From NCBI GenBank assembly GCA_013265495.1, contig MU058221.1:4404001-4468000 (forward strand): a stretch of DNA of 64,000 nt. Direction: 5' to 3'. The DNA comes from Vicugna vicugna (taxonomy: Eukaryota). This document shows positions 12,976-25,428 of this stretch, piece after piece (within the stretch, counting starts at the first letter, position 1; every line of letters begins with the position of its first letter). The notes beneath the pieces are model-generated. The model was not told the origin of the DNA. It made no database searches and saw only the letters and a program-made list of their open reading frames with translations. A program made the translations under genes and the position numbers.

Positions 12976-13206
12976 TTTTTTTTTTTTTAATTGAAGTACA
13001 GCTAATTACAACGTGTCAGTTTCTGGTGTGCAGCACAGTGTCCCCGTCCTGCACATACATACATATATTCGTTTTCGTATGTTTTTCATTAAAAGTTATT
13101 ACAAGACATTGAACATAGCTCCCTGTGCTCTACAGAAGAAATTTGTTTAAAAAAAAAAACTATCTTTATATATAGTGGCTCACATTTGTAAATCTCAGGC
13201 TTTGGG
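12976..13206 (-). mobile_element. 5'-truncated young L1 (3' UTR)
   Basis: Poly-T then aattgaagtacagctaattacaacgtgtcagtttctggtgtgcagca. Exact 12-bp TSD actatgagtctt at 12964-12975 and 13207-13218. Confidence 0.92.
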
Positions 13207-15191
13207 ACTATGAGTCTTACTACTTCCCATCTCTTCAGAGGCTTATGTATCATTTGAACTCACGTCCGCTGAGGATCCCATTAGTCATCGTGGGCTCTAC
13301 ATGAGTCTCAAAATCAGGGCAAAAGGGGGACTGAAAATGGATTGCTTTCTCTCTGTAGGACGGACAGTGGCACCTTCCAAAGAAAAGAGCCCCACTTGAC
13401 AATTTAAATGCAGCCTGAGAGCAATCCTACTAGTGGACACAGTCCTTTTCCTATTTCATAGTACCTTTACTTATTCTTTAGAAGGATGCTTGGCAACATT
13501 GAGATTAAAAAAACTGAGAACATAACGAAAAGTTTCACTTCTAGGGCTTAAAATTCACCCAGAATACCACTTTGGTCAAGACTCTAACATCGGGTCCTGC
13601 CTCCTCCCTGGTGCTCACACTCAGATTAGCTTTCTAAGCCCATCCGCTTCTTGGCTATTGTAAAAATAAAAGGAAATACCTTGGACACCAGAAAATGGTG
13701 TTGAGAGACAGAGTAAGTGCAATGAGTAGAGGATAAGTCAGGGCAAGTGGAGACAATTTCTGCTCCATCCTATAAGATGCAGATATCCGGAGAGCTTCTG
13801 CAGGCGCCATAAAGTGGCTGTATTTTTAGCCTCTACTCGTTATGGCTCTTAGTGAATAGTCTCTCTGTTGTCTTAAGCCATTCATCTTTGGAGAAATATG
13901 GCCCCATTTCTGTATTTATTTATCTCTTTAGAAATGGGAAAACATAAACTTGCACTATAATAAATTTTCTCACTTTTAATAGTTCAAATGATTCCACAGT
14001 AAAATGAAAGTCAAGCATTATTTTTACTCCTTGGAGTTTTGTCATTTTGAGTATCCTTAGTGCCACTTAATGCCATGATCCCTAAGAACGGCCTCAGTTT
14101 GATCATCTATCTTCTGAAGATGGTCTTCTCAAACTTTAAACAGTTCAACGTGGACTAGAAAAGAACTTAGTCGTCTTTTCTTTCTAAAAGTACAGAGAAA
14201 GCAGGTGTTTTTAGATAGCTTATTTCTAACTCATGCAAATTTCAAAATGTAGAAAGGCAAAAACCGAGAGGACTAAAATTATCCCAAAGTAATAGTTCTA
14301 TCTAGGACACAAAGTGCTAAACAACGCCAAGTTAGTCGTAACATGAAATTTAATTGGAAAATATAAAGTTAACAGGACTTGGGATGTACCAAGAATACGA
14401 GTTAGTGGCACCTTTGCTATTCAGGCAGAGAGTTAATTTTCATATGTTTTCCTATGAAAAGATTGGTGTTGGGAATTCATCTAGTCCATCTGCCTCATCT
14501 CCTGAGAATTACAGCACAAGAGATGTTTCAGAGAAATGTGTACTCTCTGTTGCTGGACAGAGCTACTGCCCTGGGTCCCTGCCTCCTTTCCGAAGGTGAG
14601 ATGGTGAGCAAATTAAAAGGAGCTCAGAAAGTTCCCATCTCACCCTTGAATTCAGTACCACAACTACATCGCCCGCCTTCTCGCCTTTGCTGAGCTTTCC
14701 GGATTCAAAGGAGACTCCCAGGAAGAAGGCACTTAAACAGAAAAGAAGAGTAAGAATGAAAAAGCGACAACCCCCACAAAAGCACTCAGGCCAAAACTGT
14801 CCCCAAAACACAGACCCAGAGCCACTGCTCCCCTCCCTCAAACTGAATCGTCAATTGAAATTTCTGAGCCTCGGTGGCTTCGCACACCTATTAAAGACCC
14901 CGTGTGAAATCTTGCGGCATCCAAGGTGATGAAGTAAGGAAAGGAAATGTCCTTCTTACCCTCCAGATGGAAGACTATCCTATCAGCTCATTTCTTCCTG
15001 TATAAACCATAAAGCTTTAATGAATTGACCCGAGTTCTGGGCTAACGATTTCTCATGCATCACATCCAGCGCGCCACCAAAACGTCATCTCACTTGGATT
15101 CAGCATGTCTGCCTTAGATTGTAAGCTTTCATCCCTTTCTAGATTATAAACTACTCGAAGAGAGGACTTTTGTTCCCTGCAGCTCAACCCT

Positions 15192-15395
15192 TAGTAGCGT
15201 GGACTCTGAAGTCAGGCTTAGCCATGAGTGGGTCCCTGACTCGCAGTCCGATTGTGGTGCTTCACCTCCCAGGGCCTCACTTTCCTTGTCGGTAACATGA
15301 ATGGGAGTATTGCTGGCAACTCAGGGCGGAGAGGACCGAATGAGATGATATATGTACAGAATTTGGAGCCAAGGACACGTGGTTAGTGGTCACTT
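15192..15395 (+). mobile_element. MIR SINE
   Basis: agcgtggactctgaagtcagg...ggcctcactttccttgtcggtaacatg resembles MIR. Confidence 0.6.
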
Positions 15396-16586
15396 CGTGG
15401 TGTGTCCCTCATATGTCCTGCCCAATTGCCACCACTCCGGCGCTGGATGAATGAATGCATCTTGAGAAGCCTTTGACTTCTCACTCAGAAGAACATCAGG
15501 CATTATTGAGAAAGACGTGAGTTATGCTACAGAACCCCCTTTGTGGCTTGAGAAAGGCATATCGAGAAAGAATGGCAAATACGCAAATCTTCCCAAAGGT
15601 TTGTGACCCACAATGGATTTCACATCTTCCCTGTTGCTTTGTTTATCACTGTTTAGGACCCAAGAAAATTTTCCTTTGAAGAAAACAGAAGGAATTCAGA
15701 GCAAAGGGAAAGATAATGGAAAATGGGAAAATCTGCCTTTTTTAAAGGCTCTCTTGGTCTCCTGTCCAGCCTGGAAAAAGTGATCTCTATCCAGGGAAGA
15801 AATGAGGTGCAGGGCAAATTAAGAATGCAAGCGGAAAGTTGATTTTGGTTTTTCCGGGCACTTGAGTGGTATCTCAGAAAATTTAGAGGCCGTTTCAAAG
15901 TACCTCCTCGTATTTACGGTCTCACTTCCTGAGTGAAATACTGTCTACATTAATCCTGTCTGGAATTACAGGGCCTTTCTGTGTTTGATGCCTCCAGAAA
16001 CAGAACACAAACACCGACCAAAGGAAAATATATGGACAAACATAAATTAGGCTTTGCCCCCCAATTGGGATGCGTCCATGCATCATCGCTTATAAATTTA
16101 GATTATATCTCTACTGCCATCGTGTGATAGAATGGTTTTCAGTGAAGATGTCCTAAAAAGAGCATCCAGAACTCCGAACACAAGGAACTTTCAAGGCAAA
16201 AAGCTGAATCTTTCTTTGCCCTGCCCATCAAGAACTTTCTGATGCTCCTGGTCACAGCCAAGACCTAGGATGTATTCTATTTCTTCCTCGAGAAACAGAG
16301 CAGGGAGGCAGAATGCAGAAACCTGGAATGAACACGTGGACAGTATCCAGTTATTTTTCTTGGTCATATATGATAAAAGAAGGATTCTATTTTCTCTCAC
16401 TTTAGATGTAAAAGCTCTAATTTTAGAATGAGAACCCCCACCCATCCCCCACAGGGCTGTCCATCCCCCTAGCCTAGAACGCTCCACCTCCATCATGGGT
16501 TTGGGTCATGCAAGCACCACTCTTCCCTCCTATGTTCCCAGACAGCCCGTCTCCCCACGGGACTTAGGGTTCCCCTTTCATAGTCA

Positions 16587-16860
16587 TTTTTTTTAATTGA
16601 AGTTTAGTCAGTTACAATGTGTCAGTTTCTGATGTACAGCATAATGTTTAAGTCATACATATATGTACATATATTGGTTTTCATGTTCCTTTTCATTCTA
16701 GGTTACTACAAGATACTGAATATAGTTCCCTGTGCTACACAGAAGAAATTTGGGGCGTTTTAAAATCTATTTTATATGTAGTAGTATTTGCAAATCTCGA
16801 ACTCCCAATGCATCCCTTCCCACCCGCTTCCTCCCTAGTAACCATAAGTTTGTTTACTAT
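16587..16860 (-). mobile_element. 5'-truncated young L1 (3' UTR)
   Basis: tttttaattgaagtttagtcagttacaatgtgtcagtttctg...tatagttccctgtgctacac...gtaaccataagtttgttt. Homologous to the 12976 and 44110 copies. Confidence 0.9.
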
Positions 16861-18049
16861 GTTCATTTTTACTTTGCTGCTTTGACCTCAGTCTTACCGG
16901 CAATGACTCCATCCCTCTGAGTCACCAGGAAATTGGAGAAGTGTATCTCCTATGTGCTTTCACAAATCATTGAGTCAGTTCTTGACCTGGCTCTGAATAT
17001 AGACCTCTCTCTTCCTCTGTCTGAATGTGCTAACCCCAGGTTTCCCCAATTCTGGCATAGCTGGGAAATGTGTGACGCCCGTCCTGGGCACTCCGTCCCT
17101 TTTCCCTCTCCCCAATCCCTAACCCTTCCACTGCCCATCAAATGCCCCTGGCTGCTCCTTCCTCCCACCCCACCTGGCCTCTCCACTGCCCTTATCCTAA
17201 CCCTGTCTCTCCACTCTCCCCTGCCAAGCCTGCCCTCAGAACTCAGCCAGCGTAGGGAAGAGAAAATAATTCACGTTAAGTTGCTAATGAAGACTGAGTA
17301 TGAATCGTCTGTTTGTTTTTGCCAGGGGATATTTGTATCCAGTAGGGGAAAATGTAATTGAATAAATTAATATAGATCCCATTGTATTATGGGATTCATT
17401 TAGCTCTTCTTGCAATCTTCCGCCTTCACAGTTTCTTATCAGCTTTCTCCTCTACATCCCAGCAGTCAGTGACAATTGTTACCCCCGGTAGAGGGGGTGG
17501 TGAGAAATTATCCAGAGAAAGAAACTCACAATGCTTTGGAGCCTCTAAATAAATCTGGAAAAGCTCTAGAAAAGACTTGTAATTCATGACTTTTTATTTG
17601 CAAACGTTTTGAGCTTTCTAGTTAAAACCTTAAGCCCTAGCTAATACAGAGCATGAAATGTTAGCATCTTCAAATAGGAAAAGAATGTATGACGTGTCAG
17701 GGTCCCCACCAATCTAGACTAGATTGGCTGAGGGAGAAATAAAGTCAGAGAGTGAAAAAATAGGCGTAAACTTTCCTGCGGATCTCTCGGTCCTGTGCTG
17801 AGCTGGGGGAGAGAAGGCAAAGGTACCAGACACATTTGGGATTTAAGAACAAAGGACCCAGCGTCTTATGGCCTAGGGAAGAACAGCTCCCTGCACCACC
17901 ATGGTGGGACACATGTGAGTAGAGCTCAGAGTTTGATGGGTTTTGGCAGAAATGGGAACGAAGGGAGAGCCCCTCCCCCACCAAGAGATGAGGAGCTCCT
18001 CGGAGGGTCTTAGAAGTAGGGGGTAAAGACCTGTGAACCTCAGAGGCCA

Positions 18050-18325
18050 GGAGAATGTGATTTGTTCCCCAAAATTCATACGTGGAAATCCTCACCCCCA
18101 AGGTGATGGCATTAGGAGGCGGGCTCTTTGGGAGGTGACTGGGTCATGGTTCGGAGTTCTCGATAATACAAAGAGAAGCTGGCATTCAGTGGTCTGGAAG
18201 TGGGCCACTCTGGCACCCCGATCTCGGACCTCCAGCCTCGAGAGCTGTGAGAAATAACATTCCTGTTGTTGTCAAACCACACAGTCTGTCGTCTTTTGTT
18301 GCAGCAGCCTGAACTGACCGAGACA
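18050..18325 (+). mobile_element. MLT1A/B-like MaLR LTR, internally deleted
   Basis: ccccaaaattcatacgtggaaatcctcacccccaaggtgatggcattaggagg...ctccagcctcgagagctgtgagaaataac...gcagcctgaactgaccgagaca. Confidence 0.85.
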
Positions 18326-18972
18326 GCAGCTGTAGCCACACAAGTGACATCTAGGGTGGCCTTCAAGCCTTCAGCTCTGGATAACCAGCCCACGGCTCTT
18401 TGCCCTGCTTTGAATAGCCCACTGGCCACAACTCACTGCCTGCTTCTGGAGCACTGGTGCCCGTATTGCCCGGATGTCACTTCCAACATACGGCTCAGAC
18501 TCCGGAACCAGACCAACAGCATTCATGCGGGGGGGGGGGAGGTCTGGAAAACAGCCCCAGCCGGTTCATTTTTCACTCCCAACAAAGCCCACCGTGATGG
18601 CGGAAACCTGTACTTCCGACCAGAGAAGCAGGGTCCACCTTGCTACCAAGGATAACCTGGGTCCCGTGATTTCCAAACAGAAGGGAAACTGCTGCTCCAG
18701 AGTAACTGACAGCCGCTGACAGGTCTGCACCCCGCACGGCGATCCTTTGTCCGGCTCCCGTCAGACTGAGCCGGCAGTGCAGCCACCAGAGGTGCGAGCT
18801 CTCCGCCTCGCCCCTGCTGAGAGGAGAACTCACATGGCGAATGGTCCTCAAAGGCAGACGGGAGGGGACAGTCAGTGAGGAGGTCACTTCATCAGGCTGA
18901 CAAGCCAGAACTGCGGCAGGAGAGAGGGAGGCAGGGGGAGCAGACAGACGTTACATTAAAATAGAGGACAAA

Positions 18973-19080
18973 GGGGAGGGTGTAGCTCAGTGGTAGAACG
19001 CGTGCTTAGCATGCACGAGGTCCGGGGTTCAATCCCCGGTACCTCCATTAAAAAAAATTTAAATTAATAAATAAATAAAT
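18973..19080 (+). mobile_element. tRNA-Ala(AGC)-derived camelid SINE (vic-1 type, short form)
   Basis: ggggagggtgtagctcagtggtagaacgcgtgcttagcatgcacgaggtccggggttcaatccccggtacctcca plus an A/TAAA tail. Imperfect TSD aaaatagagg / aaaacagagg. Confidence 0.92.
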
Positions 19081-20669
19081 AAAACAGAGGCATGAAGCAC
19101 AAACCTAGGCAAACAAAATAGGGGGTCCCCTATTCTCTCGATATTAACAGCCACAGCCGAGCCTCTCACCTGGGGGTCCCTGCACACTCCCTCACATTTC
19201 CATCCGAGTACCATCTGAGGTGCCAGGAGGAGACTTGTCTGTTTACCTCCACCGAGCTTGCAGGAAAAACACCAGGAAACTGCATGCAGGATGCTTCCAG
19301 ATCAACAGGGGCTCAGAGACCGAAGGTCTGGCCCTAGGACGCTGGGATTGTGACTGCTGGACAAAATGGGCAGTGATGGCTAACCAACCCGCAGGGAGGA
19401 GCCCACCCAAGAGGATGCCCCGGGAAGGCAGTGAGCACACCAGAAACAGAAGAGGGCAGAAGGGACCCGATCCAGCCTACGGGAGTGAGGGGGGCTCTGG
19501 GTGGTGTCACGGGGCCAAGCTCCCTTGAAAACTTGTCTGCTGTCTCGTAAGAGAAGGCATAGTAAAATTCAAAGCACAGCACTTGAGATCTAGCGTTAAT
19601 TAGCTACTAGATTGTGCCGCTGGTGAAAATCTGCAGTCCCTTGAGAGGGGAGGGGGCTCCTTTGCAATTTGCAGAGCAGTGGGGTCCTGGAGATGTAAAC
19701 AGTCCTCTGCTGACCAAGAGGCCACAATGATAGGAAAAAGGCAGGAAAGATCGCCAGCCTTTCCGTTCCTACCCAAGTCACCAGCCCCTTGTAAAAGGCT
19801 CCCACCTTTCACAGATCATTGCCTCAGTGACCTCCCGTGGCTCCTCCCCTGCTTGCTCTCTTCCGTCACAGGCTCCAGGTTTTGCTAGCCTCCTCCTTTG
19901 CAGTCCGCTCAACTCTCTGGTGGACTCAAACTATGTCTGGGAAGCTGCCTTTGGTTCTCCTCTGCTCAGCAGCCCACAGCTGTCGCCCAGCCCAGCCCCA
20001 CAGCAAGTTCAGGCTGGACCCCCAGGCCTGCTGTCATCCTGGGAGGGCCATTCACAGGAGACCAGAGGATCGGGGACAGGAAAGCTGCCTGCCACCAAGT
20101 TACCACCGAGGACCAGGAAACCACCACTGAGGAGTGAGTGAGCCACCAGATACCCACGCCAGACATAAAGTCCTGAGACCTAAATGGTGCAGATGGCTGA
20201 AAACCACGCCATCATTAACAAGGCCGAGGCTACCCCAAGAGCAGGAAACGCCTGGGAAAACACGAGTAACACACAAAAGCATAAAGCGCTCGCTAGGTGG
20301 GGTGATCCTGTCTGCCCAGCTAGGATTCCAGCTCCCCCAACACAGTCCCAACCTCTACGATGGGGCGCTACACACTGGAGAAGTCTGTTCTGATAATGAG
20401 TACCTGCTGAGTTAAACCAATTCAGTCATTAAAATAAGTGAATGCTCGGATGTATATATTCCAAGGAGTTAGAAGCTTTATGGATTTTATTTTCCATTGT
20501 TTGTTTGATGCCAGACATGAGTGTGGACAAAGGTAGTACTGAAAATATTTAGCAGGGCACCTGCCCATCACAATGGATCCATCACAATGTGTGCAGACAT
20601 GAAAGAAATCCATTTCTCCCCCAAATATGCTCAAGATGGAGAAGAGATGGAAGGTAGGTAGACTCCGCT

Positions 20670-20870
20670 GTTATGTGAGCCGGAGACCAGGCAGTGGGGG
20701 AACCTGAGTGATGTGCGTGCGCCTGCAAGACAGAGACTAAGACCCGGGGGGGGGGGTGACCACGTGCTGTAAAGCAGCCAAACACCAACTGAGAGTGAAA
20801 TCTGACAAACGAGGACTTCAGGTACTTATCAAAAAGACATTCTTTCACTGAGAGACTTCTGCAGAATTCA
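20670..20870 (+). mobile_element. Ancient CR1/L3 LINE fossil (ORF2 C-terminus)
   Basis: Conceptual translations RQWGNLSDV (20689-20715) and NLTNEDFRYLSKRHSFTERLL (20799-20861) align without gaps to recalled CR1 ORF2 motifs RLRGDLIAV and KLKEGRFRLDIRKKFFTERVV at about the expected spacing. Confidence 0.55.
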
Positions 20871-20939
20871 GTCACGCCTACAAAGGGATGCAAAGTAGGC
20901 ACTGGAAAAAAAAAAATCTTCTTGCATCCACATGATAAG

Positions 20940-21260
20940 ACATCGGGGCTTTCCCGGAAGGCCAGAAATCCGAGCCCCACGGAGTCGCAGCGAGGACAGC
21001 AGGCCATCAGCGCGGCCGCGCGCGGGAAGGAGAGGCGTGCGGCGGCTCGGGGCTGAGGAGAAGCAGGCGTGAAAGTGAAACGCCTCTGCGGCATCGCAGC
21101 AAACCCGCAGCGAGGGCTGCCTCAACGTCGCTGTCCCCGCGGGACCTCATCGTGCACGGTTGTTGTATAACCAGCGAACAACATTGGGAACTGGGACTGG
21201 ATGAACAAGGGGGGGGGGGGGGGGGGGGATGCGGGCTCGCGCGTGAGGGCGCACGCATGA
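20940..21260. promoter_or_regulatory. Small orphan CpG island
   Basis: Densest CpG cluster I saw in the window: cgcggccgcgcgcggg (NotI site 21012-21019), IRF/PRDM1-type GAAAGTGAAA (21071-21080) and G20 run (21209-21228). Confidence 0.55.
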
Positions 21261-22384
21261 AAACAGGAACAAAATGCAGAAGGACATAAATGCAGGTAAA
21301 CTCAGGCTGTATTGGTGTTTGTGTAAGTTCTCCTCCCTCGGACGCTGTATCAGACCAGATGGCAGTTACTCTACCATGAGCGATATCAGTATATTCACTC
21401 ATTTATTCATTCACCAAAGTAGCTAATGTCGAGCACCCAGCTAGGCACCCAGCAGTCTCCTAGGCGGCTTCTTAGAGTCACAGTTAGTCTCCAGGATCCT
21501 GCAAGATGTATAAACCCTCTTTTTGTTCCAACAAGAAAACCAAAGCTGGGTGAGATTAAGTGACAGCCCACTGTAACAGCCACCGAGTGGCTGAGGATTT
21601 AAAGCCGGGTCTCCTGATCCAGAGGACCCCGGACTTGCATGCTGAAGACTTCGGGCTGGAGCCTGTGGGACAGCAGCTCCCCAATTTTTCCACTCGATTC
21701 CAAATTCAAGCGAACACCAGAGTTGCCGAAGTACAAACATTCCATATTATATGTTAGGCTTATTTAAGCAGCGTTTGCTGAAAGCCACCTGACGTGACGT
21801 GCATACAATTTTACCAGCAAGTTCTTATTCTCAGATTGCTCAGAGTATTGATGAGAGAGAACAATGTGAGCAAAAAACTAAAATTGTAGCACAACGTGAT
21901 CGTTTGAAGAACCAAAATCAGCGCGAGAGACAGCACTGAATAAAGCTGATGTGATGATCTCAGCTCAGGGCTCAGGAGGGGGAACGGCCACAGAAAAGGT
22001 AACAAATAAGCCTTGTCTTAATGGGGATTTCTAAAGAGAACAATAGAAAAAGGCTATTCCAGGGGGCGGGTGAGCCTTTGCAAAGGCACAGGATTGCGAA
22101 AGGTCTGGGCTGGAGGACTTGCAAAGTTTTTTTACAGCTGGAACATGGCATGAGCGGTGGGAAGGGGATGGGCTGGCCACACTGCCTGAGTTACACAGTG
22201 AGGGACCTCGAGAGGCAGGGAAGGAAGCAGGCTGTTTTGCTGATAAAGGCTGGAATTAGGTGATGTCTCACCCCCACACAGGGACTCACAATCCTTTCAG
22301 GAGAAATACTTGAATCCTGTCCATTAGTGGGGTTTGGACACGTGCAAACATGTCTAGTACAACATCAAAAGACAGCAGGTGGGC

Positions 22385-22600
22385 TGCACAGCGCATCTGA
22401 AGGTTGCTGCGGGAGTAGATCCGGAAAGTTCTCAGCACAAGGAAACAATTGTTTTGTAGCTACAGGAGGAGATGGATGGTAACTAAACTTATTGTGGTAA
22501 TCATTTCGCAAAAACATGTATGTCTGATCGCTGTGCGGTGCACCTTAGACTTCCAAGCTGTAAGGCAATTATATCTCAGATAGCTGTTGGAATAAAGAAA
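22385..22600 (+). mobile_element. L1MA9/10-like 3' end
   Basis: gaaggttgctgcgggagtagatccggaaagttctcagcacaagg...aactaaacttattgtggtaatcatttcgca...caattatatctca. Confidence 0.75.
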
Positions 22601-23789
22601 CAAATGAAGTACTTTCCATGAGGGAGGAGGAAGCCGGCCAAGTTAAGCAGACGGTAGGGGTCAGAGCAGAGGGGGTCTGGGCGTGGTGGGGCATCTGTCG
22701 CAGAACCTCTCCTGACCTAGGTGTCCAGCTCAGCCAGAGCTGTGTTTATAAATTGAAAGGACTGGATCACAGATTCATGAGATGCATCAACTATTCTGAA
22801 ATTTCGCTCTGATGAAGGAGTCCGGGGACGTGGTATTCAGTATTAGAGAGCCTCGCTTTTCACTGTTGTGTATTTTTGTATCGACTAGATTTTTTGCTTT
22901 TCATCACGTACGTGAAGTAGCTATTCAGAACTCTTAAGAAATATTTATTCTTAAAGGAAAAAAGTTGTATCCCCAGCACTGAACTGTTTAGGGTCCAAGC
23001 AACAGTGCTGTTGAACCACCTCTGGATCAAACAAAGAGAAGCATCCTTCTCGATGCACAAGGGCCGCCTTGGGGGCTGAGTGGCCTCTGACGCCGGCGTG
23101 GGGTCAAAGCCTGTCTGTCAGTGGTGGAACAGACGCGTCTGCATTCAGGCCATCTTGCTGGGGCAGCCTAACAAGGTGTAACCAGAAAGGAGCATCTTCC
23201 TTCTCGGTTGGGAACATGAAGGGCTAGTCCCTGTGCCAGTGGCGTGAGGAGGAGTGACGGGCACTGCCTGGTGGGGGGAGGAGTCAAGGAGCATCCGAGG
23301 CCCTGCGGTCAGATGGTTCCCCGGGCAACCCCAGGGGGAAACGGCTCCAGCTCAGAGCACTTTCTCACGGAGTCGGTCGGGGCTGCAGGACCCCAGGCAC
23401 CAAATAGCGACTGGGACTGATTCGTATGCACACAGAAGCCCTCTTGGTGGCTCACAGAAATAAACAGCAAGGATCTGGTTTGGGGATGGGGGTTGGAGTC
23501 CCATAGTAAAGCCCACAGGGACCTGAAGGTGAAGCCCCTTCTGAGCGTTAATATTAGCAGCAAGCAAAGGGCTCTGAACTTGCTTCTGAAGCACAGTGCG
23601 TCTCTGGCTTTTATCACCAGGAAAGAGGTGATGGACAATTCAAAAGTGGGACCTTGAATCCATCTTTACTTTTCAAGCCCTATGAATTATTCACAAATGT
23701 TGGCACCTTATTACTAGTGATAAACGCACTGTGAGATTTCAGCAAATGATTGGAACCACCGATAAAATCATAAGAACAACTTACACCTG

Positions 23790-24160
23790 TTAGGAAAATG
23801 TTCAGTTCTATGTGACAAAAACAAGCCAATCCAGGGGCTTAGCAAGTAAGAACTGTATTTCTTCCATAACAAGAAGTCCAGACAAAGACAGCCCAGCACA
23901 CATGGTGACCCGGGGGGTCCAGGCTGCTTGCATCCCATAGTGTTGCCCTCTGTGGCAGACTGCAGGCAAAGATGACCCCACCCATTGCTCCCATCCCTGG
24001 ACGCATGCTCTTGAATCTGAGCTGGCCAGGTGACTTGATTTGACCAATAGAACATGACAGGAATTTCTCTGTGTGACTTCTGAGTCTTGTCCTCAAAAAG
24101 CCTTGCAGCATCGCCTCGTCTTGCACTGAAACCACCACGTAAGGTGCCCTAGGGCCCTGG
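23790..24160. mobile_element. Adjacent MLT1 (MaLR) LTR fragments in opposite orientations
   Basis: Antisense-type cataacaagaagtccag (~23870). Sense-type tgtggcagac...ttgaatctgagctggcc...ttgaccaatagaa...gtgacttctgag from 23951. Confidence 0.65.
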
Positions 24161-24329
24161 AGAATGAGAAACCAGATGGACAAAGAGACCAAAGGAAGAA
24201 GAAGAAAAAAAATAAATCTAAGAGGGAGACCAGATGGAGAAAGAGACCACAGGGAGAAAGGCTCAGTCAATCCAGCCCTTCCTTGTGGCCTCCCCCTGCC
24301 GCCGTGTCCTCGGCGTTCCTATCATGCTC

Positions 24330-24552
24330 ATGCTGCTTTGCTTTGCTTTTTCCTTGAACGTATTATATCGTTGTCTTATTTTATTATGATTATTGCGTAT
24401 GGTCTGCCCCCATTCCCACCTGCTACCAGCATGCAGGCTCTCCAAAGGCAGAGATCTTAGTATGATTTGTTCAAGGTTGTACCCCAAGCACCTAGGTGAG
24501 TGGCTGGCACATACTGAGACTCTTAGAAATATCTGTTGAATGAATGGATGAA
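24330..24552 (+). mobile_element. L2 3' end
   Basis: ggctctccaaaggcagagatct...gtaccccaagcacctagg...tggcacatactgagactcttagaaatatctgttgaatgaatg. Confidence 0.75.
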
Positions 24553-24947
24553 AGAAACATGAATTGGTGCATTATTAGCAAATAGACTAGACTGAAGACC
24601 GTACGTGTAAGTAAGAGCGCCCGCAGAGAGTGCACCCAGGGGAGGGCTGAGGACATAAGCCCCGGGAGCATCGCTGCTGAAGGCAAGCGGGGATGATGAG
24701 CCAAGAAAGGAGACAGGATGGGAGGAGGAGAGACAGCACCAGGAGTGGTGCCTCAAAAGCCAACGGAAGAGAGATTTGCAAGGAGGGAGACTTGAATTGC
24801 GTAAAATGTCACAAACAGGGTAGAGAGATGAGGAATGAAAAATGCTCATTCATTCATTTAAAAACCACGGCACGCCAGCTGTGTACCAGGCTCGGTGGGA
24901 CTTGAGGCATCGTGGGCCTTGGGACGATGCTACCCGAGGAATGTGAC

Positions 24948-25428
24948 TGTAGCGTAAGTGACAACGTACCACCCAGAGCCCCTGCCGTCACTTTGTGGCA
25001 TTTCTGTGTGCCACCTCCTTCAGAATCCGTCTGCTGCTAACACCCCCAGCAAGGACGGCCCTCAGGCCGCCGAGAGGCTTGTCCGCACTGTGGAAGTAAA
25101 TTCCTGGACCCCAGATGGAGCCACCCCTGCCCAGGGTGTCCCGTCAGCAAACCCAGACTTAGAAGACTTTCCAGTCCTTGTAAACCCTGCGTTTGATCCA
25201 ATCAGCCAGTCCCCCAAAACCAAGCCATCTCTCCGCACTGCACGGATGTCCTTGTTCCTTGTTCCATTTTTCTCTTCCTTGTCCCTTATTCTTTATCCCA
25301 TAAAAGCGTCCTGCCTTCTGCCCCACTTTGCATTTCTCTGGACACTTGGGAATGGAGACAGCCTCTTCACGAAGTGAAGTTACTAGTTAAAGTTTCACCT
25401 AAATTATCTCCTTTAATCATTTTTAACA
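24948..25428 (+). mobile_element. Probable ERV LTR remnant
   Basis: Ordered CCAATCA (~25198), TATA-like cataaaa (~25299), poly(A)-like agttaaa (~25385) and terminal ttttaaca. No convincing TSD, so the start is uncertain. Confidence 0.5.

Noticed and set aside
18973..19047. Functional tRNA-Ala gene
   Set aside because: It has an extra 5' GGG leader, mismatches in the acceptor and T stems, an A-rich tail with a TSD-like flank and no adjacent T4 terminator, so it is a SINE.
19600..19995. Possible old LTR followed by a primer-binding-site-like gctgtcgcccag
   Set aside because: There are no clear termini or TSD, and the tRNA complementarity is too degenerate to call.
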